The notes beneath the pieces are model-generated. The model did not search any database. It saw only the letters and a list, made by a program, of their open reading frames with translations, and was not told where the DNA came from. A program made the translations under genes and the position numbers. A DNA stretch of 62,150 nucleotides from positions 1 through 62,150 of the forward strand of contig CAZOOE010000001.1 in the NCBI GenBank assembly GCA_964581275.1. The letters run 5' to 3'. The stretch's first letter is position 1; each line of letters begins with the position of its first letter. Positions 6,769 through 14,252 of the stretch are shown piece by piece. This stretch comes from an uncultured Clostridia bacterium (GTDB lineage: Bacteria; Acidobacteriota; Blastocatellia; UBA7656).

Positions 6769-8739
6769 CTACCGAGTTGCGCCGGCATCCTTCAGTAACT
6801 GAATCATTGCTTCACCGGCATAGCCGGCCTCTTTCAGAGCTGTGTCACCGCGCGCAGTCTCGAGATCTAGTCGTGCATGTTTCGTCAGAAGAATTCTTGC
6901 TGACGCCAGTGCTCCCCTCCTTGCCGCAACGATTAGCGCCGTCTCGCCCTTGTTCGACTGTGTGTCAATTGTTGCTCCACTTTCGAGCAGCAATTCTACA
7001 ACTTCAGAGCAATTATTACGTGCCGCTCCAATCAGAGCCGTTTCGCTCCGTTCGTCTCTTGCGTCGACGTCAGCGCCATACTCCAGCAGCACTCGGGCCA
7101 CGTCGGTCTTTCCCTCGCGGGCTGCATAGATCAAGATTGTGGCATCGTCGACGCCCCGTGTGTTTGCATCGGCACCCGAGTTCAGCATCTGTCTCACCGT
7201 TTCCGTCTGACCGGTGCGTGCTGCAATAATCAAAGCAGTGTCGGGATCGACAACTGCGCCGGCCTTCTTCAGATGAAAGAAAGTGTATTGTGGATCGTCT
7301 AACTTCCAATGCGGAGTATTAATGGCTGCAAACCGAATGGCTGGCTCCCCCCTTTTGTTTTTGGCATCCAGATCGGCGCCATAAGAGATCAACATCTGCA
7401 CAATGTCAGGGTAGTACTCATCTGTGGCCGCAAGCATCAAGGTTGTTGAACCGCTCGCATCACAAGCATTGATGTCCGCCCCTCGACTCAACATCAGTTT
7501 TGTACTCTCGGGGCTATGGAGAGTCAGGGAATACATAAGCGGGGTTCGTCCGCGGTGATCCGTTGCATTCACGTCGGCTCCGCGATTCAACAACAACCGA
7601 ACTGTTTGAGTATTGTTGATCTGCTTCGTCGCATACATCAATGGGGTGACCCCGTCGCGGTCCTTTGCGTCAACCCGCGCGCCTGCATCAATCAGGGACT
7701 CCGCTACCTTCTCAGAATATGACTCAGCCGAGTAGCTGAGAGCGGTTCGCCCGACAGTGTCCGGGTCATCGGGCGGAGCACCAGCCGATAGAAGAATTCC
7801 AACGGTCTGGGGATCGCGGTGTTTTGCTGCGTATGTGAGGGCTGTTTGTCCCTTCTTATTCTTGGCGCGAATCTGCGCTCCATTGTCGAGTAAGAAGCGA
7901 ACGAGCTCGGACGATAGATCGAGCGAAGAGGCTCCCATCAAAGCTGTGTCCCCGTCGTTCGTCTCGCCGTTCACGTCAGCTCCAGCGGCTATCAACCTTT
8001 GAAGCACCTCCTTGTGGTCATCGGTTGCTGTGCCGTCCACCCTGGGTTCCCCCGCAATGTGATTCCACGCAGCCAGTATAAAGGCAGTCTGATTGCGCTC
8101 AGCTTTGGCATTTACGTCAGCACCTGCGTCAAGTAGGGCTGCTATGATGTTCCAATGCCCTCGCATGGCAGCAAGCATCAAGGCTGTCTCGCCGTCTATT
8201 GCCCGTGCATCCACAGACGCTTGATGAGCGAGAAGGGTGTCGACGATTTCCCAATCACCCTTGAACGCAGCAAGCATCAGCGCAGTCACTCCGAGCTTAT
8301 CACTGTCGGCTCCTTGCCATACTGCACTCTGGTAGGCATTACCACAGCCGCCATAGAGAAAGCCTTTGTCAGGTAAGCTTCCAGTTCGGAAATGCTCACC
8401 AATCACGCCAGCCACATACCCTCTTCCTCTCAAGTCCACGTTGGCGCCTTTGGTCAACAACAGGCGCACGATATCGGCATGACCACCCCATACTCCCGCA
8501 ATCAATGCAGTGCCATCCCAGGAACCTAACGGGTGCCCCCCAAACTGAACGCTGACGTCGGGGTCAATACCCTCGGCGAGGAGAGCGCCAACGCCGGTCA
8601 AGTCACCTTGCATTGCGTTAGCAACGAACCGTTGAGCTTGCGTGGCCTGATGCTTGGCGAGAATGCCGTGCTTCAGCACGCCAAAGCCGGCGAGTAAAAG
8701 CAGAGGAAGACCTACTATGATGATTCGAAAGCGACGCAT
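6769..8739 (-). CDS. Ankyrin-repeat protein with an N-terminal membrane anchor or signal
   Basis: 656 aa. It contains many tandem ~33-aa repeats with G(x)TALM/L(x)AA...GH...V..LL..GADVNA consensus. The hydrophobic N-terminus is MRRFRIIIVGLPLLLLAGFGVL. Confidence 0.9.
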   Translation of the reverse strand: MRRFRIIIVGLPLLLLAGFGVLKHGILAKHQATQAQRFVANAMQGDLTGVGALLAEGIDPDVSVQFGGHPLGSWDGTALIAGVWGGHADIVRLLLTKGANVDLRGRGYVAGVIGEHFRTGSLPDKGFLYGGCGNAYQSAVWQGADSDKLGVTALMLAAFKGDWEIVDTLLAHQASVDARAIDGETALMLAAMRGHWNIIAALLDAGADVNAKAERNQTAFILAAWNHIAGEPRVDGTATDDHKEVLQRLIAAGADVNGETNDGDTALMGASSLDLSSELVRFLLDNGAQIRAKNKKGQTALTYAAKHRDPQTVGILLSAGAPPDDPDTVGRTALSYSAESYSEKVAESLIDAGARVDAKDRDGVTPLMYATKQINNTQTVRLLLNRGADVNATDHRGRTPLMYSLTLHSPESTKLMLSRGADINACDASGSTTLMLAATDEYYPDIVQMLISYGADLDAKNKRGEPAIRFAAINTPHWKLDDPQYTFFHLKKAGAVVDPDTALIIAARTGQTETVRQMLNSGADANTRGVDDATILIYAAREGKTDVARVLLEYGADVDARDERSETALIGAARNNCSEVVELLLESGATIDTQSNKGETALIVAARRGALASARILLTKHARLDLETARGDTALKEAGYAGEAMIQLLKDAGATR

Positions 8740-9008
8740 ATCTTCAGATTTCTGTCACCTCTATCCTGTTGCTCAGACTAGAGTACCAGATCAAATCCAA
8801 CCACATTGGATCACTATTCTTCAAATGGTTTGGTGACCCATCGCTAACTAGCAGGCGCGTGGCCGACAGCTCAATGCATCTCCATTCGTTTCAAGCTCCG
8901 TATGATAGATGCCTCGCAACATAATAGGCAGCCGCGCTGGCTTAATCAGACGACATCGAGCCTATCGGTGATTTATTTGCTGGCCTGTTGTCCGCAGACG
9001 TTTGATGT

Positions 9009-9031
9009 ACCTGTAGACGAACCTGTAGACG
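9009..9031. repeat. Tandem direct repeat ACCTGTAGACG x2 (1-nt spacer)
   Basis: 9009-9019 and 9021-9031 are identical. The pair lies just outside the tRNA fragment and hairpin. Confidence 0.8.
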
Positions 9032-9037
9032 GAAGAA

Positions 9038-9060
9038 AGGGCTACCGTTTCGGTAGCCCT
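9038..9060 (-). terminator. Hairpin downstream of the tRNA 3' end (possible tRNA terminator)
   Basis: AGGGCTACCG-TTT-CGGTAGCCCT is a perfect 10-bp stem. On the minus strand it follows the tRNA 3' end by ~18 nt and is followed by TTCTTCC, a weak T-tract. Confidence 0.4.
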
Positions 9061-9078
9061 AAGTGCTAGTATCCAAAA

Positions 9079-9122
9079 TGAGCCGTGGAGGGCTCGAACC
9101 TCCGACCCGCTGATTAAGAGTC
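9079..9122 (-). tRNA. 3' half of tRNA-Lys(CUU), from the anticodon arm to the discriminator; the 5' half is absent (att-site remnant)
   Basis: The minus strand reads GACTCTTAATCAGCGGGTCGGAGGTTCGAGCCCTCCACGGCTCA. It shows the anticodon loop CT-CTT-AA, a 5-nt variable loop, the T-arm GGAGG-TTCGAGC-CCTCC and the acceptor 3' strand ACGGCTC plus A. Upstream there is no D-arm and no GAGCCGT acceptor 5' strand. Confidence 0.8.
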
Positions 9123-9247
9123 CGCGACAGGCCTAGTTTCCTACTGTTGCACATTATTGCCCAAAGTAACAAAACTCCTGCATCCACATAATTAAGCCTG
9201 TTTTTGTCGATTCCCATTGTAGCAGTGCATAACCTCATGGTACTCTT

Positions 9248-9269
9248 CAATGTGTCCGCAATGTGTCCG
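9248..9269. repeat. Perfect tandem 11-mer CAATGTGTCCG x2 upstream of the integrase
   Basis: 9248-9258 equals 9259-9269. It lies 50 bp upstream of the int start, so it may be an arm-type or regulatory site. Confidence 0.8.
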
Positions 9270-9318
9270 TAAAATTTGATGCGGTACTCGTTGAAGTGAA
9301 AAGGAGGAGAGGTCCGGG

Positions 9319-10680
9319 ATGGCGAAGATGAGAACCGGATACGTGTTTAAGGATCGCAGCGGTTGCTGGTGGGCAAGAGCCACATTTACAGACGAATCCG
9401 GCAAGCGACGGAACGTCAAGCGGTCCACTTACACGGATGAAACTGGAAACAAATGGCGAGCGCGCAACAAAACCGAAGCCAAAGATCCGATGTTGAAGCA
9501 ACTGCTCCAAGAGATGGAGGAATCCCCTGAGACGATCATCGAAGGTAACGGGACCACGCTCAATGATTATCTCGATAAGTGGTTGGCTAACATTGTAAAG
9601 CGACGCGTTGCTCTGCGAACGTATGCGGACTATACAGAACTTCTTCAACGCTACATCCAGGGTAAGAAGCAGAACACGAATGGCTCTGACGCTTCATCAA
9701 ACACGACTGATACAAGTTCTAACAACGGGAAGAAGAAACGTCCGAAAGTAAAACCGCTGACAAACATCGGCAAGAAGAAGCTTTCTGAGATTCGCCCGCT
9801 CGACATTCAGGCACTTTATTCAAAGATGCTAGAGCGCGGTCTGTCACCTCGCACGGTCCGTTATACCCATGCGGTCCTGAACTCCGCATTTAAGCAGGCG
9901 ATCAAATGGGGCCTGCTCTCTAAGAACCCGGCTACTTTTATCGATCTGCCCAAACGAGAGCGGAAAGAGATGAAAGCGTTATCGCCAGACGAAGCGACCC
10001 GGTTCATAACGGCTGCTGCAGATGATGCCAGGGGATTGGTTTTCAATCTTGCTCTAGCGACCGGGATGCGACCAGAGGAGTATCTCGCCTTGCAGTGGAA
10101 AGATGTCGACCTGGATCGAGGACTACTAACAATTCAGCGGACTCTTTCTTGGAACCGCAGCGGCGGCGGCTGGTACTTCGATGAACCAAAGACGGCTCGC
10201 AGTCGGCGCGCCGTTCCGCTGCCTCCTTCAATCGTGCGCGCCCTAAGCGACTACAAGCTTGAACAAGAAACAGTTCGGCTCAAAGCTGGTACTGACTGGC
10301 GGGATTTTGACTTGTTGTTTGTTACTGGCGATGGCGGCCCGTTGTTGGATAGGAATCTTTCTCGTCGCAACTTCAAGGCGGTGCTCAAACGCGCCAAGCT
10401 GCCGACAACGATCAGACTTTATGATCTTCGACATTCGTGCGCTACATTACTGCTGACCGAAGGAACTAACCCGAAGGTTGTCGCCGAACGACTCGGACAC
10501 TCCAGCACAGCCATGACGATGGATATCTACTCGCACGTCTTGCCTTCATTGCAGCAGGAGGCAACAGAGCGGCTGGAGAATCTGCTCTTTTCTCCGAGAC
10601 GTCCGAACGTTAAGAGACAGCGCCGTCCGAAGTCCAAACAGACAACTCCAAAGCGGGATGGAAAGGATCGGCTGTCCTGA
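9319..10680 (+). CDS. Tyrosine recombinase / phage-type integrase
   Basis: 453 aa. The catalytic region shows MRPEEYLALQW, RRAVPL, LRHSCATLLL and GHSSTAMTMDIYSHV, giving R..HxxR..Y. A strong AAGGAGGAGAGG Shine-Dalgarno precedes the start. There is a low-complexity insert, KKQNTNGSDASSNTTDTSSNNGKKKRPK. Confidence 0.9.
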   Translation: MAKMRTGYVFKDRSGCWWARATFTDESGKRRNVKRSTYTDETGNKWRARNKTEAKDPMLKQLLQEMEESPETIIEGNGTTLNDYLDKWLANIVKRRVALRTYADYTELLQRYIQGKKQNTNGSDASSNTTDTSSNNGKKKRPKVKPLTNIGKKKLSEIRPLDIQALYSKMLERGLSPRTVRYTHAVLNSAFKQAIKWGLLSKNPATFIDLPKRERKEMKALSPDEATRFITAAADDARGLVFNLALATGMRPEEYLALQWKDVDLDRGLLTIQRTLSWNRSGGGWYFDEPKTARSRRAVPLPPSIVRALSDYKLEQETVRLKAGTDWRDFDLLFVTGDGGPLLDRNLSRRNFKAVLKRAKLPTTIRLYDLRHSCATLLLTEGTNPKVVAERLGHSSTAMTMDIYSHVLPSLQQEATERLENLLFSPRRPNVKRQRRPKSKQTTPKRDGKDRLS

Positions 10681-10795
10681 ATTCGGTGATCGCTAACCGT
10701 GCTGCTATGCATAGGCCGACGGCCATGCTTATTTGTTTCACTAACAGATTGGTGCTGGAATCAAAAACCAGTCAGAAGGGTCTCATGGGTCGGTA

Positions 10796-11074
10796 TCACC
10801 GACGAGATTTGGGGTGTCTCTCGTGTCGCTCGAGGAATTCACGTACATGCTCCGGACTATATCGGATAACCTTGCCGAATTTGTAAAAGCCGATTCTATT
10901 CGCATTCCTAAGCCTATAGAGCGTAACTCGATCAAGTCCTGTTAGCGCGCACACATCCCTGTCCGTCAACAGCCGATCTCGTACTTTGTCGGCAAACTTG
11001 GAGCTTCTCTTGGCAACAGTTTCTCCTAGCTGCGAAAGATCGTTCGTCCATTGTTTTCTGCTACTCATGATCAC
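10796..11074 (-). CDS. Excisionase/AlpA-like HTH (HTH_17-type) DNA-binding protein
   Basis: 92 aa. DVCALTGLDRVTLYRLRNANRIGFYKFGKVIRYSPEHVREFLE matches the MerR-superfamily excisionase fold pattern. It is adjacent to int. Confidence 0.65.
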   Translation of the reverse strand: MIMSSRKQWTNDLSQLGETVAKRSSKFADKVRDRLLTDRDVCALTGLDRVTLYRLRNANRIGFYKFGKVIRYSPEHVREFLERHERHPKSRR

Positions 11075-11229
11075 CGTCGGCGGACTCCGCGAAGGTCGCT
11101 GCCTTATTCGAGAGATCCTACCGCTATTATAGCAGTTGCATTGTTTTTGTCTATACGTTTATTGTTTGCGATTGTGTTTACAATCCTAAGGTATGGGTCA
11201 TAGCCACTCGCGACTCGTAGGATTGTCCC

Positions 11230-11490
11230 TTAGGATCGCGAGCGCGACGGCGTCGCTTTCCGCTGTGACTTCCTCTGAGACTTAATCTCTTTCAGGGCGG
11301 TGTCAAAACGGGACTGGTCACGCTCTTGTTCCGCTCTGATTTGCTCTGCTGCGTATTGGCTCACGAGTCCGCTCTTTGTCGTTCCCCGAAGGAGCGCAAC
11401 AGCCGCAAATCCCTCATCCAGATCTTGTCTGATCCTCACTGTCATCGTGAGACGCCTTCGCTGCTCAGTTGGTAGTTTTGGCCTAGCCAT
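11230..11490 (-). CDS. Small basic protein, possible ribbon-helix-helix regulator
   Basis: 86 aa. The N-terminal RRRLTMTVRIRQDLDEGFAAVALLRGTTKSGLVSQYAAEQI looks like a beta-strand plus two helices, as in RHH proteins. A Shine-Dalgarno GAAGGAGGAGGAG lies upstream. Confidence 0.45.
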   Translation of the reverse strand: MARPKLPTEQRRRLTMTVRIRQDLDEGFAAVALLRGTTKSGLVSQYAAEQIRAEQERDQSRFDTALKEIKSQRKSQRKATPSRSRS

Positions 11491-11791
11491 TTCGGCTCCT
11501 CCTCCTTCGATAGATCAATTCTCTCATCTGCGTTACCGCAAACCAGATTTCTCCGAAGTATACGACCAGCCCACGCGATCCCGCAACACAAAACAGCGAT
11601 CAACCAGTTTATGCCTAGCCAAAAACTATAAGTTGCACTTGAACTAGAGCTTTGGTTTATGTAATATCTGCGTGCACAGTTTTTGCCCATACAGCAATGA
11701 AGACTTCGATGTGCTCAACTAGCCGTCCACAGTGCGCGGCTGAACTCGCGTAGATAGCGAAAGCTAAAAGCGTGAAGGCCATCGGGAAACT

Positions 11792-12829
11792 ATGGAGAGC
11801 AAAAAGCAATTCGATGGAATCGTGGGACGGTCCGTGCCGTTGCGCGCAATGACCAGCACTATACTCAAAGTCGCTCCCCACGACTTCACCGTTCTTATTC
11901 GAGGAGAGTCCGGTACTGGTAAGGAACTCTTAGCTCGCTCCATACTAAGCAACTCGAAGCGGTTCAATGGGCCGTTTCTGCCCGTCAACTGCGGTGCTAT
12001 ACCAGACGGACTCCTGGAAGCCCATCTGTTTGGCCATCAGAAGGGATCCTTCACCGGCGCTTCCTCCGACAGACCCGGAATCTTCGAGGCTGCCCACGGC
12101 GGCACCATCTTCCTCGACGAAATAGGTGAAATGCCTCTAACTATGCAGGTCAAACTCCTCAGAGCGCTCCAGGAGAAAGAGGTAGTCCGAGTAGGGGCTA
12201 CGAAGTCAACCAAAGTCGATGTCCGGCTGATCGCCGCTACAAACCGAGATTTGAAGGGGATGATAAGCGCCGGCCAATTCAGGCAAGACCTCTACTATAG
12301 GATCTCCACTCTACAAATAGAGGTGCCGGCTCTCAGGGAACGGCGTGAAGATATACCGCTATTGGCTGAACACTTTCTGGACAAATTTCGCGCGCAAGCA
12401 GATCGCAAGGAGGCCCTTAGGATCGACCAAAACGCGATGAAACTGCTCACGAGCTACGACTGGCCCGGAAACGTTCGAGAGCTCGAAAATGTGATCAGTC
12501 GTTTGATCGTCCACGATCACGGATCAACCATCACCGCCAACGATATCAAGACCGCAATTGGCGCAACTCTGGGCCCAACTGAAAACGATCCAAGCGGACC
12601 CGAGATAGGACTGGGATTTAAACTCTCCCTGCCTGTGTCGATACTGGAATTCTCGGACCGCGAGACTATGGCGACATATCTTAGGCGAGTGAAACTCGAG
12701 CTGCTTCAAACGGCAATCGCTCAGTACCCGGATAGAACCGCTGCGGCCGAAAGGCTGGGTCTAGCCGAAGACACTGTGAGGAAGCAGCTACGACACTTAC
12801 GTCGGGCAATGGCGACAACCAAACAATAG
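11792..12829 (+). CDS. Sigma-54-dependent transcriptional activator (bEBP) lacking an N-terminal sensory domain (PspF-like architecture)
   Basis: 345 aa. Walker A is GESGTGKE. The GAFTGA-type loop reads HQKGSFTGAS. Walker B is GGTIFLDEIGEM, followed by RQDLYYR and WPGNVRELEN. The C-terminal Fis-type HTH is AAERLGLAEDTVRKQLRHL. An in-frame TAA 27 nt upstream of the ATG rules out an N-terminal extension. Confidence 0.85.
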   Translation: MESKKQFDGIVGRSVPLRAMTSTILKVAPHDFTVLIRGESGTGKELLARSILSNSKRFNGPFLPVNCGAIPDGLLEAHLFGHQKGSFTGASSDRPGIFEAAHGGTIFLDEIGEMPLTMQVKLLRALQEKEVVRVGATKSTKVDVRLIAATNRDLKGMISAGQFRQDLYYRISTLQIEVPALRERREDIPLLAEHFLDKFRAQADRKEALRIDQNAMKLLTSYDWPGNVRELENVISRLIVHDHGSTITANDIKTAIGATLGPTENDPSGPEIGLGFKLSLPVSILEFSDRETMATYLRRVKLELLQTAIAQYPDRTAAAERLGLAEDTVRKQLRHLRRAMATTKQ

Positions 12830-12842
12830 CCAGGAGAAAACC

Positions 12843-13130
12843 ATGAGCAAGCGAGCAAACAATCTACAGGACACCAACTATCCGCTGGTCAGCGTGCAGC
12901 GGTTTCAATCTCTAAAGTGCGATGTGAACACGCGCCAGGTTGAAGAACTTGCGCGCTATATCAGCTACGTTGAATCGGCGGCAGGGGAGAAGCCTACCGA
13001 GGGGGAAGTTATAGGAGTAGCACTGTCGGAACTATTCAAGCTCGATCGGGGCTTCCAGAGGTGGAAAGAGGGTCTTGAAAATGCTACGCCGCGACCTAAA
13101 GCGCCGGCCGCGCAATCGGCGGGAGACTAG
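12843..13130 (+). CDS. Hypothetical protein (95 aa) immediately downstream of the bEBP
   Basis: An AGGAG Shine-Dalgarno lies 6 nt upstream of the ATG. It is 13 nt downstream of the bEBP stop. I recognised no family. Confidence 0.5.
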   Translation: MSKRANNLQDTNYPLVSVQRFQSLKCDVNTRQVEELARYISYVESAAGEKPTEGEVIGVALSELFKLDRGFQRWKEGLENATPRPKAPAAQSAGD

Positions 13131-13268
13131 CTGATGAACTCACCCTTCCATCCAACAGTTCGCAGAGCGCTTAAACGAAAGGCAAGCTCTTGCGAGCCTG
13201 CGTCGACCTGTGGGCACTCAAGAACGCTTAAAGGGTCTGCCTATAGCGCGCCCCATGCTCCGTACAAT

Positions 13269-13544
13269 TCAGAGTGCTGCACTGCCTTCGGCGATCTTCG
13301 CACAAAGTTCCGCAGGCCAATTTTGACCGGCTACGCCCTTAAAGGGTTCCGACCGAGGACCTGTGACCGCAAGAATTCTGCTTTCAAAGCCCCCAGTAGA
13401 GAGTTGAATTCGCTCGGCAAAACCGCCTCTGCGCGCGTCTATCGAAAGCAATTTCCGGGTCGCGTGTGGAGCGTTCATGTCCCGGAACTCAATCCTTGTG
13501 CCTGGATTCAGCGCGTGCTTCGCATCGTTCAGTGCTTGAGACAA
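13269..13544 (-). CDS. Hypothetical ORF (TTG start), weak
   Basis: This is the only reading frame in 13131-13846 with protein-like composition. No family or Shine-Dalgarno was recognised, so it may be non-coding. Confidence 0.2.
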   Translation of the reverse strand: MSQALNDAKHALNPGTRIEFRDMNAPHATRKLLSIDARRGGFAERIQLSTGGFESRILAVTGPRSEPFKGVAGQNWPAELCAKIAEGSAAL

Positions 13545-13828
13545 GCGATTCCAGAGTATGAAATGCGCGCCCAGCTCCGGTTCCTTTTGCTGGTTAATGA
13601 CTCGTCATTCTGCGCGCTAGTACCTAAAGCTCGACACATTCAGCGTACAACCGGCTTTCATCACCTGACTCAGACTCCTCAATGGGCTCTTGAGCCGGTC
13701 CAAAACCTCCATCAGCGCTCAGATAGTCGCACGAAATAACTCCCGCACAACACTAAACTCAGCGAAGGAAAACAAGTGCAAGAACGAACGGAAACGAAGG
13801 CGAAAGAACAGAGAGTAAGGCGGGATAC

Positions 13829-13850
13829 GCATTCGCGGCACCGCGAATGC
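13829..13850 (+). promoter_or_regulatory. 22-bp perfect palindrome GCATTCGCGG-CA-CCGCGAATGC: candidate oriT inverted repeat and/or sigma-54 (-24/-12) promoter
   Basis: 10-bp arms with a 2-nt centre. On the plus strand only, it reads cGGCAC-N5-aTGCA (GG 13837-38, GC 13849-50), which is the canonical spacing of TGGCAC-N5-TTGCA. It lies directly upstream of mobC. Confidence 0.5.
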
Positions 13851-13882
13851 ACGAGGTCAAAGGACACCTCAAATTACCATCA

Positions 13883-14233
13883 ATGGCGGGACGAAAACTC
13901 TATCCCAAAACGACGAGAGTCCGGCTTACAGCGGATGAGCATCGCCGCATAAGTGAACGCGCTAAGCAGGCTGGACTCTCTATTTCACGTTACTTGATCG
14001 AGAACGCACTGATAGAAAGACCGCTGACATTTGAAGAGAAGGAGCATACCGAAACGGTTTTGTTTCAACGAAGCTGGGCCATCAACGAGGTAGCAAGAGT
14101 CGGAAATAACCTTAATCAAATTGCCCGGCAACTCAACTCGCAACGAGGCAGCATCACTTCCGAAGCGATACAAGCTGCGCTTTTAACTGCCGCCGATGCT
14201 CTGAATGAGTTGCGGCGGCTTTGGATACAGTAG
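13883..14233 (+). CDS. mobC: MobC-family relaxosome accessory protein
   Basis: MAGRKLYPKTTRVRLTADEHRRISERAKQAGLSISRYLIENAL is RHH-like, and the MobC signature VGNNLNQIARQLN follows. An alternative upstream ATG at 13847 lies inside the palindrome. Confidence 0.85.
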   Translation: MAGRKLYPKTTRVRLTADEHRRISERAKQAGLSISRYLIENALIERPLTFEEKEHTETVLFQRSWAINEVARVGNNLNQIARQLNSQRGSITSEAIQAALLTAADALNELRRLWIQ

Positions 14234-14252
14234 TTGGGAAAATAGATCAAAT

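Noticed and set aside
6687-7229. 180-aa plus-strand ORF across the fic-ankyrin gap and the ankyrin 3' end.
   Set aside because: It is antisense to a clear ankyrin-repeat gene and has a Ser/Arg/Pro/Leu-rich composition.
11672-11686. Sigma-54-like element GTGCAC-N5-TTGC about 105 nt upstream of the bEBP gene.
   Set aside because: The nearly invariant -24 GG is TG here, so the match is too weak to call on sequence alone.
13134-13739. 201-aa plus-strand ORF between the cargo ORF and mobC.
   Set aside because: Its composition (many Arg, Cys, His, Pro and Ser) and the lack of a Shine-Dalgarno or any family signature make it look like a chance open frame. I treat the region as probably non-coding or regulatory.
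14205-14252. Upstream start for relaxase 2 as given in the ORF track.
   Set aside because: It would overlap the mobC 3' end by 29 nt and add a non-conserved MSCGGFGYSSWENRSN peptide. The ATG at 14253 aligns with the start of relaxase 1.
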